A stretch of 64,000 nt of DNA, taken from IMG/VR virus record IMGVR_UViG_3300046514_000337, positions 1,423 through 65,422 of that record, one strand, 5' to 3'. The translations under genes and the position numbers were made by a program. The DNA comes from a virus. Lineage: Duplodnaviria > Caudoviricetes. Below, piece after piece: positions 1 to 9,179 of this stretch (positions are counted from its first letter, which is position 1; every line of letters starts with the position of its first letter). The notes beneath the pieces are model-generated. The model did no database searches, had not been told where the DNA came from, and worked only from the letters and a program-made list of their open reading frames with translations.

Positions 1-815
1 ACTCGCCATGCGTTGCGCGCTACGCGTTCGGCTTCTTGTTGTCGTAAAGCCTCTGCCCGCTTGCGGTCGAGTTGGGCGAGGCGTTGTTTGTGCAGTTCAG
101 CAGCAATGCGGGCGGCCTTTTGCTCGACGGCGTGCTTTGCGATTGCCGCCGCGGCTGCCTCTGCTTCGCGGGCTTCCTGAGCGCGCTTTTTTACCAGCCA
201 TGCCGCCATCCCCGCTTCGGTTCCCAGTTTCAGTGCCGAAAACAGCCACTCGCGGGGCGCTGCGCGAAGGATAAAGTCGGGGAGAAGAAGCGGGTCAATG
301 GCTTCGCTATTGTGCCGCTTGTGCTGCGATGACAGGTCGATTTCTATCGCCGGCATTTTCAAGCGTGCATATTCGGCGCGCTTTTCCTGACTGACGCGAT
401 GGGCAACATACACTTCCACGGCCAACGCTGTGCGGGCATCGCGCAAGATCGCATCGGGCTGGATCGCACCAGCCCGTATTTCCAGATCGACGCTATCGGC
501 GATGAACTCGGCTGCGTCGCGGATGACCTTACGCCAGCGCTCTACGGTGGCCACAAGGGGGGGGAGCCACACCGAGCGGGCATCGGCGAGCGTCTGCTTT
601 GCAAGTTTGTGGAGCATGGTTTCGAGCGCTCCGCCGCAATCGGCGTCCGCCTCGTGGGCAAAATGGGGGGATCTCTCCATTCCCTTTTTGGCCACGAGGG
701 GCTTGCCGCAATCAGGGCATACGCACCCGCAAGCAAGCCCCCGTTCAACCGTCGTTATATGCAGTAGGCGGCCGTTCGCAGCCAGTCCGTACGCCAACTG
801 TACACCATCGCTCAC
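1..815 (-). CDS. CoiA-like PD-(D/E)XK nuclease with N-terminal Zn finger and C-terminal coiled coil (partial, runs off left edge)
   Basis: Absent from the ORF track because there is no stop in the window. GTG at 815 overlaps the stop of 812..1054. Manual translation gives VERGLACGCVCPDCGKPLVAKKG..HFAH, QPDAIL..LAVEVYVAHRV..K and PAIEIDLS; the frame stays open to base 1. Confidence 0.75.
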   Translation of the reverse strand, partial: MSDGVQLAYGLAANGRLLHITTVERGLACGCVCPDCGKPLVAKKGMERSPHFAHEADADCGGALETMLHKLAKQTLADARSVWLPPLVATVERWRKVIRDAAEFIADSVDLEIRAGAIQPDAILRDARTALAVEVYVAHRVSQEKRAEYARLKMPAIEIDLSSQHKRHNSEAIDPLLLPDFILRAAPREWLFSALKLGTEAGMAAWLVKKRAQEAREAEAAAAAIAKHAVEQKAARIAAELHKQRLAQLDRKRAEALRQQEAERVARNAWR

Positions 816-1054
816 GCGGCCCGTCTCCGCTCTGCCTCGCGGGTGAGCACGCCCGACAGCCAGCGTTCGGCGGCCTCGGCGCGGTCCCATGTGTCGATGG
901 TGCCGCGGTTGAGCGCCGATGCCATGAGTGCGTCAAGGGCTTCGGAGTGCGCGATGAGGCCAGCAGCGACGAAGCGGCCGAGGCGGCGAGCGTAGAGGGA
1001 AAGGGGGACGGGCTTTACTACGGGCGGTGTACTCATGGCGTCGCGTACTCCCAC
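812..1054 (-). CDS. hypothetical phage protein
   Basis: ORF coupled (GTGA overlap) to the downstream CoiA-like gene. Confidence 0.55.
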   Translation of the reverse strand: MGVRDAMSTPPVVKPVPLSLYARRLGRFVAAGLIAHSEALDALMASALNRGTIDTWDRAEAAERWLSGVLTREAERRRAA

Positions 1055-1248
1055 GGGTTGACAAAATCCGTAGGCGCGTTAGATACACGGCTGGTCGGGA
1101 AACCATGCGTGCTCACGCGCGCCCTTAGTTCGAGCCGGTCGATCCTCGCGGGTTGGCCGGCTCGCGGCGTTTCAGGGGGGCGACACTGCGCCGCGCGGTG
1201 CGGCTTGGCAATGCGCGCCCGGTGATCAAGCGGGGCTCTTTCTTGTGG

Positions 1249-1794
1249 CTACGCCGCATTGTCCCGCCGCGGTGCTTTCACCCAGCATATCCGATGGTGC
1301 GCCGGGCAGTAGCTGCTGCCAGCCTTGCGTCGCGCATCGCAGAAAACCGTGTGCCGGCCTTGCGGCTCGTTTTCGATCCATCTGCAGCCGCCCACCATCT
1401 CGGGCAACGGGTAGCTATTGAGCCTCAGAGCGACACCGGCGAGGGTCGTGCCGACGATCGGCGGGCGCCTGTCGGCGTAATGCTCGAGCGGCCGTGCGCG
1501 CCCGCCTGTTCCGTACTGCTCCTTCGGGATGGCGAGGGGTGCGGCGATCTCGGGCTGCGGCTTGGCCATGGGGACGAGCTCCACCAGCTTAGGCGGCACA
1601 GGGAGAGGCTGGCGACGGGTGGGGATCGGGGATGGGCGCGAGGGGAGGCCGAGCCGGCACTTGCGGCCGATGACGGCGTTCTTGCCCTTGGGGCCGAGAC
1701 GGAGGGCGATGGCGATCTTGGTGGTGCTGACGCCCTTAGCCCATAGCTCGCGGAGTTTCAGGTCGCGCCAGGGCTCATCCCAGACGGAGGCCAT
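1249..1794 (-). CDS. gcrA: GcrA-like cell-cycle regulator
   Basis: N-terminal W...LRELWAKGVSTTKIAIAL...KNAVIGRKCRLGL and C-terminal CRWI...FCD...GSSYCPAH match GcrA architecture. Start trimmed to MASVW. Confidence 0.85.
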   Translation of the reverse strand: MASVWDEPWRDLKLRELWAKGVSTTKIAIALRLGPKGKNAVIGRKCRLGLPSRPSPIPTRRQPLPVPPKLVELVPMAKPQPEIAAPLAIPKEQYGTGGRARPLEHYADRRPPIVGTTLAGVALRLNSYPLPEMVGGCRWIENEPQGRHTVFCDARRKAGSSYCPAHHRICWVKAPRRDNAA

Positions 1795-1836
1795 GGCTAC
1801 TCTTCCTTCCTGGCCGACCACGGAGAGTGGCGCAAA

Positions 1837-2145
1837 CTAGCCGGCCCTCCTGATCGGCGACGGCCGCGGCGGGAAATCGTGGCGATGGGATACGCCCGCA
1901 ATTACGTTCTTCGTGACGTTTAATTGCCGCGCGATCTCGCTGACGGAGAAGCCTTCCCTCCACAGTCGGCGCGCCTTGGCGACGAACGCGGCGTCGCGGG
2001 GGATCTGCTCGATGTTGCTGGGTATTCCCCTCTTATGCAGGATTTGCCGCACGCGCTCGCGGGTAATCCCGAATGCTGCGCCGATCTGCTGCAGCGTCAG
2101 CTTTTCCTTCGTGTAGAGGCGAACGATCTCATGGTTTCGCATCAT
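1837..2145 (-). CDS. sigma70 region-4 HTH fused to GcrA N-terminal-like HTH
   Basis: LTLQQIGAAFGITRERVRQI (sigma r4) followed by ARRLWREGFSVSEIARQLNVTKNVIAG (GcrA-N). Confidence 0.75.
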   Translation of the reverse strand: MMRNHEIVRLYTKEKLTLQQIGAAFGITRERVRQILHKRGIPSNIEQIPRDAAFVAKARRLWREGFSVSEIARQLNVTKNVIAGVSHRHDFPPRPSPIRRAG

Positions 2146-2156
2146 GGCGCTCCATT

Positions 2157-2348
2157 TTAGCCGTTTGGCCACCAGAACATCAGCCCATACACAAACAGCA
2201 GGACGCCAGGACAGGCGATAAGCCAACTACCGACGATATAGCTAATGTGCATATCGCTGTATTTCGTGCCTTTAAGAAGGACTACGAGGCCGGCAAAGAA
2301 CAGGAACGGGCCTCCCAGCATCGAAGCCACAAATGGTCCGTTGCCCAT
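2157..2348 (-). CDS. small two-TM membrane protein
   Basis: Two hydrophobic segments; lower GC than the flanks. Confidence 0.5.
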   Translation of the reverse strand: MGNGPFVASMLGGPFLFFAGLVVLLKGTKYSDMHISYIVGSWLIACPGVLLFVYGLMFWWPNG

Positions 2349-2349
2349 A

Positions 2350-2862
2350 TCATTCCTCGTCCAGAAAATCCTGTAAGCGTTTTGCGCTCTCCTCCGCCGC
2401 CTGCTCGCCGGTCGGGAGCCGGTCCCAGCGGCGAGAGGCGCGCTTCGGGGCGGGCCGGACGGACAGGGCGGCGTCGTATTCCATCGCCAGGATGCTCATA
2501 GAGCGCGGCAGATCGGGGAAAATCTCCCGCATGCGTGCATCCACCTCGGCGACGCTCCAGGCTGGGAACCAGTCGAACCCATTGCCAATCATCGCGCACC
2601 CGAAAGCCTTCTCGGCTTCGGTTGGGGTATTGCGCCCCCACTTTAACTCCACCGCCACGCACTTGCCCCGCGCCCATAGCATATAGTCGGAGATCCCCGG
2701 CAGCACGCCCTGGCCTTTCCAGAAGGAGGCTTGTGCCATTCGTTCCTCCGCCGTGCCATCGAAGCGGCGCGCGTGCTCGATCGCGCTGTGAATGGCCGGC
2801 GGGGGGAAGGCGTGCCCCATCCACATGCGCACGCGGGATCTGAGGCGAGCTTCAGGGGTCAC
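2350..2862 (-). CDS. VRR-NUC domain nuclease (Holliday junction resolvase-like)
   Basis: GVLPGISDY...VAVELKWGRNTPTEAEKAF motif; GTG start overlaps the methyltransferase stop. Confidence 0.75.
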   Translation of the reverse strand: MTPEARLRSRVRMWMGHAFPPPAIHSAIEHARRFDGTAEERMAQASFWKGQGVLPGISDYMLWARGKCVAVELKWGRNTPTEAEKAFGCAMIGNGFDWFPAWSVAEVDARMREIFPDLPRSMSILAMEYDAALSVRPAPKRASRRWDRLPTGEQAAEESAKRLQDFLDEE

Positions 2863-4055
2863 TGGTTTGCCACCTCGGCGAACAGCGGTGCATCTCCTGG
2901 AACATCGCGCGGAGTTTGAGGCGAAGCGGCTTGCTGCACTTCGACGTTCGCGAACAATCCGGCGTCGTTCTCTAGACGCTGCCGTCCCATCTCTACGTAC
3001 GCGGGATTGAGTTCTATCCCCACGAAGGACCGCTGGAGACGGCTCGCGACCAGTCCAGTCGTAAATGCACCCGAAAACGGATCGAGGACGGTGCACGGCA
3101 CGGGCGGCGCTTCGGGGCAGCCGCACGTCGACCGCCAGCCGGTTGTGCGCGTGCCGATCGGTTCGTTATAGCTGGTGCCAGCGGTGCCTCTGGAATGCCG
3201 CGCTTCCTGCTTATCGCCGAACCATTTCTCGTGATGGCGGTATTCGGTTTCAGTCGTGCGCACCCACGGCGCCCCGCACTGCGCGCAGCAGCCGCGCTCG
3301 CTGGTGCCAGCACGAATGCACCGCGCGGCCAGTTCGGGAGGGAATGTCGCAAAATGCGCCTCGGGGAACGGAGCGGTCGCGATCTCCCATACGTTGCGGA
3401 CGTTGCGCGTGCCGGTTGGTTCGCGGCGAGATAGGCCGCCATTTCCGTTTGTCGAAACCAGATCGCCATGCAGCGCCGGTCCGCGCATCCGATCGCACTC
3501 GCCCGTTTCCCGCACCGCCTCGGCATCGAAGAAATACCGCGCCGATTTCGTCAGCAGGAAAATGTGCTCGTGCGCCGATGTTGGTCGGTCGGTCACGCTC
3601 TCGGGCATCGGGTTCGGCTTGTGCCAGATGATGTCTGACCGAAGGAACCAGCCATCCGCTTGCAGCGCGAGCGCCACGCGGGCGGGGATCATCATCAGGT
3701 CTTTGGGCTTTAAGCCTTGCGGAATGCCCGCAAAATTAGGCGAACGTCCCGCCTGCTTCCATCCCGCCTCGGTATGGAGAGTGCGCGGCGCATTGTAGGT
3801 GCTGCTGCTGGCGTAGGCATCGCCCAGGTTCAGCCACAACGTCCCGTCATCGCGCAGCACGCGGCGCACCTCGGCGAACACGGCCACCATCTCGGCCACG
3901 TATTCGTGCAGCGTGCGCTCAAGCCCGATCTGCCCGGCGACGCCGTAATCGCGCAGGCCCCAGTAGGGCGGCGAGGTTATGCAGCATTGCACGCTCGCGT
4001 CGGGCAGAGTCGGCAGAAGCGCGCGGCAGTCGCCTTCGAGGACCCGGACGCTCAT
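2859..4055 (-). CDS. DNA N4-C/N6-A methyltransferase (beta class), orphan
   Basis: TSPPYWGLRDY catalytic motif near the N-terminus; HFATFP; VLDPFSG SAM-binding motif near the C-terminus. Confidence 0.92.
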   Translation of the reverse strand: MSVRVLEGDCRALLPTLPDASVQCCITSPPYWGLRDYGVAGQIGLERTLHEYVAEMVAVFAEVRRVLRDDGTLWLNLGDAYASSSTYNAPRTLHTEAGWKQAGRSPNFAGIPQGLKPKDLMMIPARVALALQADGWFLRSDIIWHKPNPMPESVTDRPTSAHEHIFLLTKSARYFFDAEAVRETGECDRMRGPALHGDLVSTNGNGGLSRREPTGTRNVRNVWEIATAPFPEAHFATFPPELAARCIRAGTSERGCCAQCGAPWVRTTETEYRHHEKWFGDKQEARHSRGTAGTSYNEPIGTRTTGWRSTCGCPEAPPVPCTVLDPFSGAFTTGLVASRLQRSFVGIELNPAYVEMGRQRLENDAGLFANVEVQQAASPQTPRDVPGDAPLFAEVANQ

Positions 4056-4056
4056 G

Positions 4057-4296
4057 TCACTTCAGCGGCTCCGTCACGACGCCGCCTGACGTGTGCTTCA
4101 CAAACACGATGCGCCCGCCATCTGCGGCGGAGATCAGGATCATGTCGCCGGACGCCATCATGTCAGTGGCTTTGTCAAAAAATCCGGCAGCGCACACATC
4201 TGCGAGCGTCGCGGCCCCAGCCTTGTAGTGCCAGAGCGTGAAGCCCTGCGCGTAGCTGAGAACCGACGGGTCGCGGATCGCAAAGGGGGCGCTCAT
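4057..4296 (-). CDS. hypothetical protein
   Basis: Compact ORF (SVLSYAQGFTLWHY...GFFD...GDMI) tightly packed in the operon. Confidence 0.65.
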   Translation of the reverse strand: MSAPFAIRDPSVLSYAQGFTLWHYKAGAATLADVCAAGFFDKATDMMASGDMILISAADGGRIVFVKHTSGGVVTEPLK

Positions 4297-4616
4297 TCCG
4301 CGGCGTCGCCCTTCCCGTTGCCCGGCGCGGCTGCCACACCCTCCGGGGCCGGGACAGCGGCGCGCGGCCTGCGGGCGGGCTTGGCCGGTGTCGTCTGTGC
4401 AGCGCTCGGTTTCCGCCCACGTGTCGGTACCACGCCAAAGGCTGCGAGGACCGTCTGTAATGTAGCGTGCTCGGCGCGCGCTGCGTCCGCTCGCGCCGTG
4501 AGCTTGCGCAGCTCGTCATCCAGATTGGCGATACGCTGCCAGGCGGCGTCGAGTTGCGCCGTGATCCGCTCGCGTGCGTCGGCGAGCTGGCGGGCGGGCT
4601 TGATGCGGTCTGTCAT
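4293..4616 (-). CDS. coiled-coil hypothetical protein
   Basis: RBS-like GAAAGGA before MTDRI; heptad pattern; ATGA coupling to the next gene. Confidence 0.6.
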   Translation of the reverse strand: MTDRIKPARQLADARERITAQLDAAWQRIANLDDELRKLTARADAARAEHATLQTVLAAFGVVPTRGRKPSAAQTTPAKPARRPRAAVPAPEGVAAAPGNGKGDAAE

Positions 4617-4949
4617 GGTGTCCTTTCTGGAATTTGGGCCGTGACCATATTTCCGCATACTTCGCAGTAAGCGCATGGGCCGAAGCCTAGAAGCCAAGCG
4701 TCCTCGTCAAGACTAGAGGAGGGGCAATCGTCTCTCTCGCACCGAATATGGCAGAGCATGTCGGGGGCATCGAGGACCCAAGGCTTTGGCGCGCTGCTCA
4801 CGCTCCGACGCCGCGCTGGTCCTGCGGGTCGTACGCTCCCCCGTGTCCGCACTTGCCCATGCCGAAGCGGATGAACACACCGACGCACGCACCAACGCAG
4901 GCGGAGAGGCCGAGAGCCAGTCCGATCAACGGGAGAAAGTAGAGGGCGC

Positions 4950-5153
4950 TCACGTGCGCTTCCCCGGCTCTTCGTGTTTGGCCAACGTATCTAGGAGCCG
5001 CGCTACGTTCCGCAGGGTTGGGCTAGTCTCGCCAATTTCCCACCTGTTCAGAATGCTGACGGCCACACCCGCCTCTTTGCACAACCGGGTGATCGTCAGC
5101 CCCGCCCGTGCAGCGCGCTCTTTGATCTGGGCAGCCGTTGGGAGTTCGCTCAT
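4950..5153 (-). CDS. Cro/XRE-family HTH regulator
   Basis: GLTITRLCKEAGVAVSILNRWEIGETSPTL; first gene of the leftward block. Confidence 0.85.
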   Translation of the reverse strand: MSELPTAAQIKERAARAGLTITRLCKEAGVAVSILNRWEIGETSPTLRNVARLLDTLAKHEEPGKRT

Positions 5154-5159
5154 GCTCCG

Positions 5160-5232
5160 ACCATGCCACGCAGGATATTTGTGTGTCAAGCATCTTTGCG
5201 CTTGACCGCGCATTTGTGCCTATGCTATCAAC
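5160..5232. promoter_or_regulatory. back-to-back divergent sigma70-type promoters
   Basis: Rightward CTTGAC(5201)-N18-CTATCA and leftward TTGACA-N18-CATGGT. The two -35 boxes form GTCAAGC-N8-GCTTGAC; ATTTGTG occurs in both spacers. Confidence 0.65.
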
Positions 5233-5260
5233 ATCCCAGCGAACGCAAGGAGCGTCGATC

Positions 5261-7146
5261 ATGCCAGACACAGACCACCTCGCCAAAGTTGCCGAGACGC
5301 TGGACAGCCTCGCCAAAGAGGCGCTGCTTACGTCGGATCGCGCCATCATCTACCGCCGCGCTCTCACTGAAATACTGGGCGAGACGAACGATACCAAAAT
5401 CCTGAACATTGTCCGCGGCGCTCTGCGCGAAGCGGAGAAACACCAGTGAACCACCCGATGCAGCCGGTTGAGTGGGACGGCAAGGGCGTTATCCGGTTCA
5501 AGCGCAACGCGATCGTGGCGCATTTGCTTGACCTCACCACACTTGCCGGGATCTGCGATCTAAATCGCATTGTCATCGGTGTTGCACGGGGGCAATTCAG
5601 CAACGAGGACCAGGTACAACTCGCGCAACTGCTCGGGTATTCGGTGTCGGGATATGGCGATCTTGATTTTGTGCCGCGCGATGTGGTGCGCCGGGCAGAT
5701 CGCCGAGCCGCAGCCCTGATTGTACGAGAGCCGCCCCGCCAGGAGGACGCACCATGACCGACCGCTTTCACTTTCCTTTCCGTGCCTTCCCCGCGAGCGA
5801 GCGGTGGCGCGAAACTTACGACGCGTGGAAACTGGCGACGCCCGAGGACGATGCCCGTGTGTGCGACGAATGCGGCGGGTGGCTGGCGCGCTCGATCGGC
5901 CCTGGCTGGCACTGCGAGCGGTGCGACGATCTCGACGTTGACCGGCTGCGTGAGGATCGCGAGGAGCGGCGGCGAATGGAGAAGGAGCCGTGAGCGCGAT
6001 GTACATCGAGTGGCACGAACAGTCCCTCCGAAACTCGCGTGATAGTCTGCGAACCGAGCGGCGGCGTTTTGATGCGGCCAAGGTGAACCTCCTGCGCCGC
6101 GAAGCGGAAGTTGCATTCTATGAGCAGCAAATAGAAGCGGCAAAGGCGCGAGGCATGGCGAAATTCGACCGGGATAAATTGCTGATAACGAAGAAGGATC
6201 GCGAGCCGCGAGGAAGCAAATGAAGATCGTGGCCTGTGAGGACAACACCGGCTTCGCGCCGCCCTCGTGCCGTTGGTCGGCGATCGACGAGGACACCTAC
6301 GATGGCGCGCACGACAGCCGCACGCGGAACCAGATCGGTTGGGGCCGCACGGAGGCCGAGGCCATCGCTGATCTCATGCAGCAGTTGGAGGATGATGCGC
6401 CGTGAGCATGGATATTGACGAGGTAGTGGATTGCGACATGGCGAAGCTGCGGCAGATCGCAGACGCAATCCGGGAGGCGCTGATGTGCGTCCGCACGGTC
6501 GGGCCAACGGCGCACGCGTACGTTGCAGGCGAGGATTGGGAGGATTTTCTGGCGCGGCTACAGGACTTGGTGCCGGACGTGTCGGCAGAGGCGGAGGCGC
6601 GGTTGCGGGCGCTGATCGAGGATAAGGCGAGGGCGGGGGAGATAGTGTAATGGATATGCAAATCAATCTTGTGTGCTGCACGGAAAAGAAATGCACGCAG
6701 AAAGATATCGCACTCATCTATGCGATGGCGATGAAGTCAGCGCATCAGAAGGCCGATACGCCTGATTGGCACGCGATCAATCGCGCAATCATCGGACGAT
6801 GGAGCATGTCGGGATTGGAGCGCGTGAAGAAGATGGCGTACGATCTTTTGGCAGGAAAACGCGCGCTATGACCCCCCTCTCCATCTCTGCTCGCCTCGCC
6901 GAGATCCGCCTGCGCCTGCTCGCTGCCCGCCTGCCCAACATGGCGCACGATGTGGACGCCATCATCCTTGACGTGTGCCGGATGGAGCGCACGCTGAACG
7001 AATTAGTCTCTGAGGCGCGGGAGCAGATGCATCTCGCTTTGGCAACGCAGCAGGCGGCGGTGCGGGCTGCTGCGCGTCCGCCGGCGACGGTGCTGCCGTT
7101 CAAGCGCCCCGTGCCGGCGCTTGTTGTGGGGGACGACAGAGCATGA
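5261..7146 (+). CDS. run of eight small coupled early ORFs (5261-5449, 5446-5757, 5754-5993, 5990-6223, 6220-6405, 6402-6650, 6650-6871, ~6868-7146)
   Basis: Consecutive ATGA/GTGA/TAATG overlaps and SD motifs; 5754-5993 has a CxxC...CxxC Zn ribbon. Confidence 0.7.
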
Positions 7147-7676
7147 CCGCCGACATCCAGGCGCGCGCAGATGATCTGGCAGAGCGTGTGGCGCGGGCGT
7201 TATTGGGGGCGCTCAAAAAGAACCCGGACGCCTATGTCGGTGCCGACGATCCGGTTGAACCAATAACAGTCGATGAATGGGGAGGACACCTCGGCGGCGT
7301 AACTTTGGATGGAAGGTTTGATATTGTAGAGGCAGCTCGTGCTGCGATTGAGGCAGTGCGCGGGTCCGCGATGCAGCCGCAACAACCTCCTGCCGACGAG
7401 TTGGCCTCCACCCGCGCCGCCATCGCCGCGCTGGAAAAGCGCGAGGCCGAGTTGCGGACGTTGATGCTCACCGATCCGTCCGCGCGCACGGGGAACAAAG
7501 TGGTCGCCGAAATTGTCACCGTGAAAACCTCACGCGTGGACCTGAAAGAGTTGCGGGCTATGCACGCCGACATCCTAGAGGCTTACACGTTCACGCGCGA
7601 TGTGCAGAAGGTGGAACTGCGCGCGATCAGCGCGGACGGCGAAATCACGAACAGACCCAGACAACGGAGAGCGTAA
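7143..7676 (+). CDS. hypothetical protein (possibly two fused ORFs)
   Basis: ATGA-coupled; C-terminal half has a coiled coil plus RVDLKELR, as seen beside phage recombinases. Confidence 0.6.
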   Translation: MTADIQARADDLAERVARALLGALKKNPDAYVGADDPVEPITVDEWGGHLGGVTLDGRFDIVEAARAAIEAVRGSAMQPQQPPADELASTRAAIAALEKREAELRTLMLTDPSARTGNKVVAEIVTVKTSRVDLKELRAMHADILEAYTFTRDVQKVELRAISADGEITNRPRQRRA

Positions 7677-7677
7677 A

Positions 7678-8151
7678 ATGAAGCCTCTCGCTCCTCGGTG
7701 GAATCATTCCAAGCCGCTCGATGCCGTGTGGCTTTGGCAGCATGTTTCGCCCTGTCCTAACACTGGGTGTTGGTGGTGGACCGCAGCGCTCAGCGAAACT
7801 GGCTATGGTAATGCATCAGTGGCTGGCCGGTTCATTCCCGCCCATCGGGTGGTCTATCAATTAGTCCGGGGAGAAATACCGCGCGGGTTGCATCTGGACC
7901 ATCTGTGTCGTAACCGTGGCTGCGTGAACCCGTTTCATCTTGAGCCGGTATCGGTTGGCGAAAACTCTCGGCGTGGTGACACCGGAAGCTATCTGGCAAA
8001 GATTAATAACGCTAAGACCCAATGCCCGCGCGGCCATCCGTATTCAGGCGATAATCTGTTTGTGACCCGCGCAGGGAAGCGCCTTTGTCGAACTTGCAAG
8101 AGAATGAATGAGCGGGCGCATTATTGGAAAAACAAGGGAGCTACCCCATGA
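7678..8151 (+). CDS. HNH homing endonuclease
   Basis: CWWWT...GYG...AHRVVY...LDHLCRNRGCVNPFHLEPVSVGEN; C-terminal CPRGH...CRTC. Confidence 0.92.
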   Translation: MKPLAPRWNHSKPLDAVWLWQHVSPCPNTGCWWWTAALSETGYGNASVAGRFIPAHRVVYQLVRGEIPRGLHLDHLCRNRGCVNPFHLEPVSVGENSRRGDTGSYLAKINNAKTQCPRGHPYSGDNLFVTRAGKRLCRTCKRMNERAHYWKNKGATP

Positions 8152-9179
8152 GCGGTTCACGCGTCTTGACGGTTTCCGATGTGGAAAGAAAGCTAACGGA
8201 ACTTACTCCGCAGTTTGCTCCTGTTTTACCCCCTGGCATGACACCGGAGAGGTTTGGACGGGTTGCACTCACTGCAATACAGAACGCGCCGAACTTGTTA
8301 AAATGCGAACCAGGGAGCCTCTGGAACGCTTGCATGAAAGCTGCCCAAGATGGCCTGCTCCCTGACGGCAGAGAAGGGGCAATTATTCCTCGTGCTGGGC
8401 AAGCTGTGTGGTCCCCGATGGTGCAGGGACTGATCGCGAAAGCTAAGCGCCGCGGCAGCGTGACAAACCTTGTCGCTAATATCGTCTACGAGGGTGAGCC
8501 GTTTGAGGTGCTGATGGGCGATGAAGATCGCATTCTCCATCGCCGCGAACTCAACCGGGTGCAAAAGGGCAATGAGGTCGCCGTCTACGCCATCGCCACA
8601 CTGAAGGACGGCACGAAAGAGCGCGAGGTGATGACATGGGAGGAGGTTCAGGCGGTACGGCGCATGTCAACGACGCCGAACGCCGGCCCATGGGTCACTT
8701 CGGAAGGAGAGATGGCGCGCAAAACCTGCATTCGCCGCCTGTCGAAGCGGCTGCCTGCGCTTGATGACGACGACGATGATCTGCGGCAAGCGATTGAGCG
8801 TGTGGATGAACTGTATCCATTCGGCAAAAACGCCCCGCAGAAGCCGGCGCCAATCATTGAGCACGCCGCACCGCCCGCGCGTCCTGGCGGGATGGTCGAG
8901 GTTGCCCGCGAGATGGCGAACGGCGACGCGCCTACCGGGCAGACGCTGAAGCAGGTGGTGGCGCGGCTCGTGGTCGATTTCGCGCAGGCGCAGAGTGCCG
9001 GCGGCCTCGCCGACATCGAGGCCCGCGAAGAGACAAAGAAGATCCTCGCGCGCGGGCCGGATAGCGATGCCGCAAAGGCCGTCGTCAAAGCTCGTGATGC
9101 GGCGCGCGAGCGGCTGCTGACGCTGCCGACGGAGGACGAGGGGGACGCCCGCCTCGAGCACAAGATGATGGAGACATGA
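8148..9179 (+). CDS. recT: RecT-family single-strand annealing recombinase
   Basis: PERFGRVALTAI, LLKC...SL...AAQDGLLPDG and EMARKTCIRRLSKRLP motifs. Confidence 0.92.
   Translation: MSGSRVLTVSDVERKLTELTPQFAPVLPPGMTPERFGRVALTAIQNAPNLLKCEPGSLWNACMKAAQDGLLPDGREGAIIPRAGQAVWSPMVQGLIAKAKRRGSVTNLVANIVYEGEPFEVLMGDEDRILHRRELNRVQKGNEVAVYAIATLKDGTKEREVMTWEEVQAVRRMSTTPNAGPWVTSEGEMARKTCIRRLSKRLPALDDDDDDLRQAIERVDELYPFGKNAPQKPAPIIEHAAPPARPGGMVEVAREMANGDAPTGQTLKQVVARLVVDFAQAQSAGGLADIEAREETKKILARGPDSDAAKAVVKARDAARERLLTLPTEDEGDARLEHKMMET

Noticed and set aside
2859-4055. Methyltransferase plus VRR-NUC as a restriction-modification system
   Set aside because: Both are common stand-alone phage replication-region genes; VRR-NUC here looks like a resolvase type
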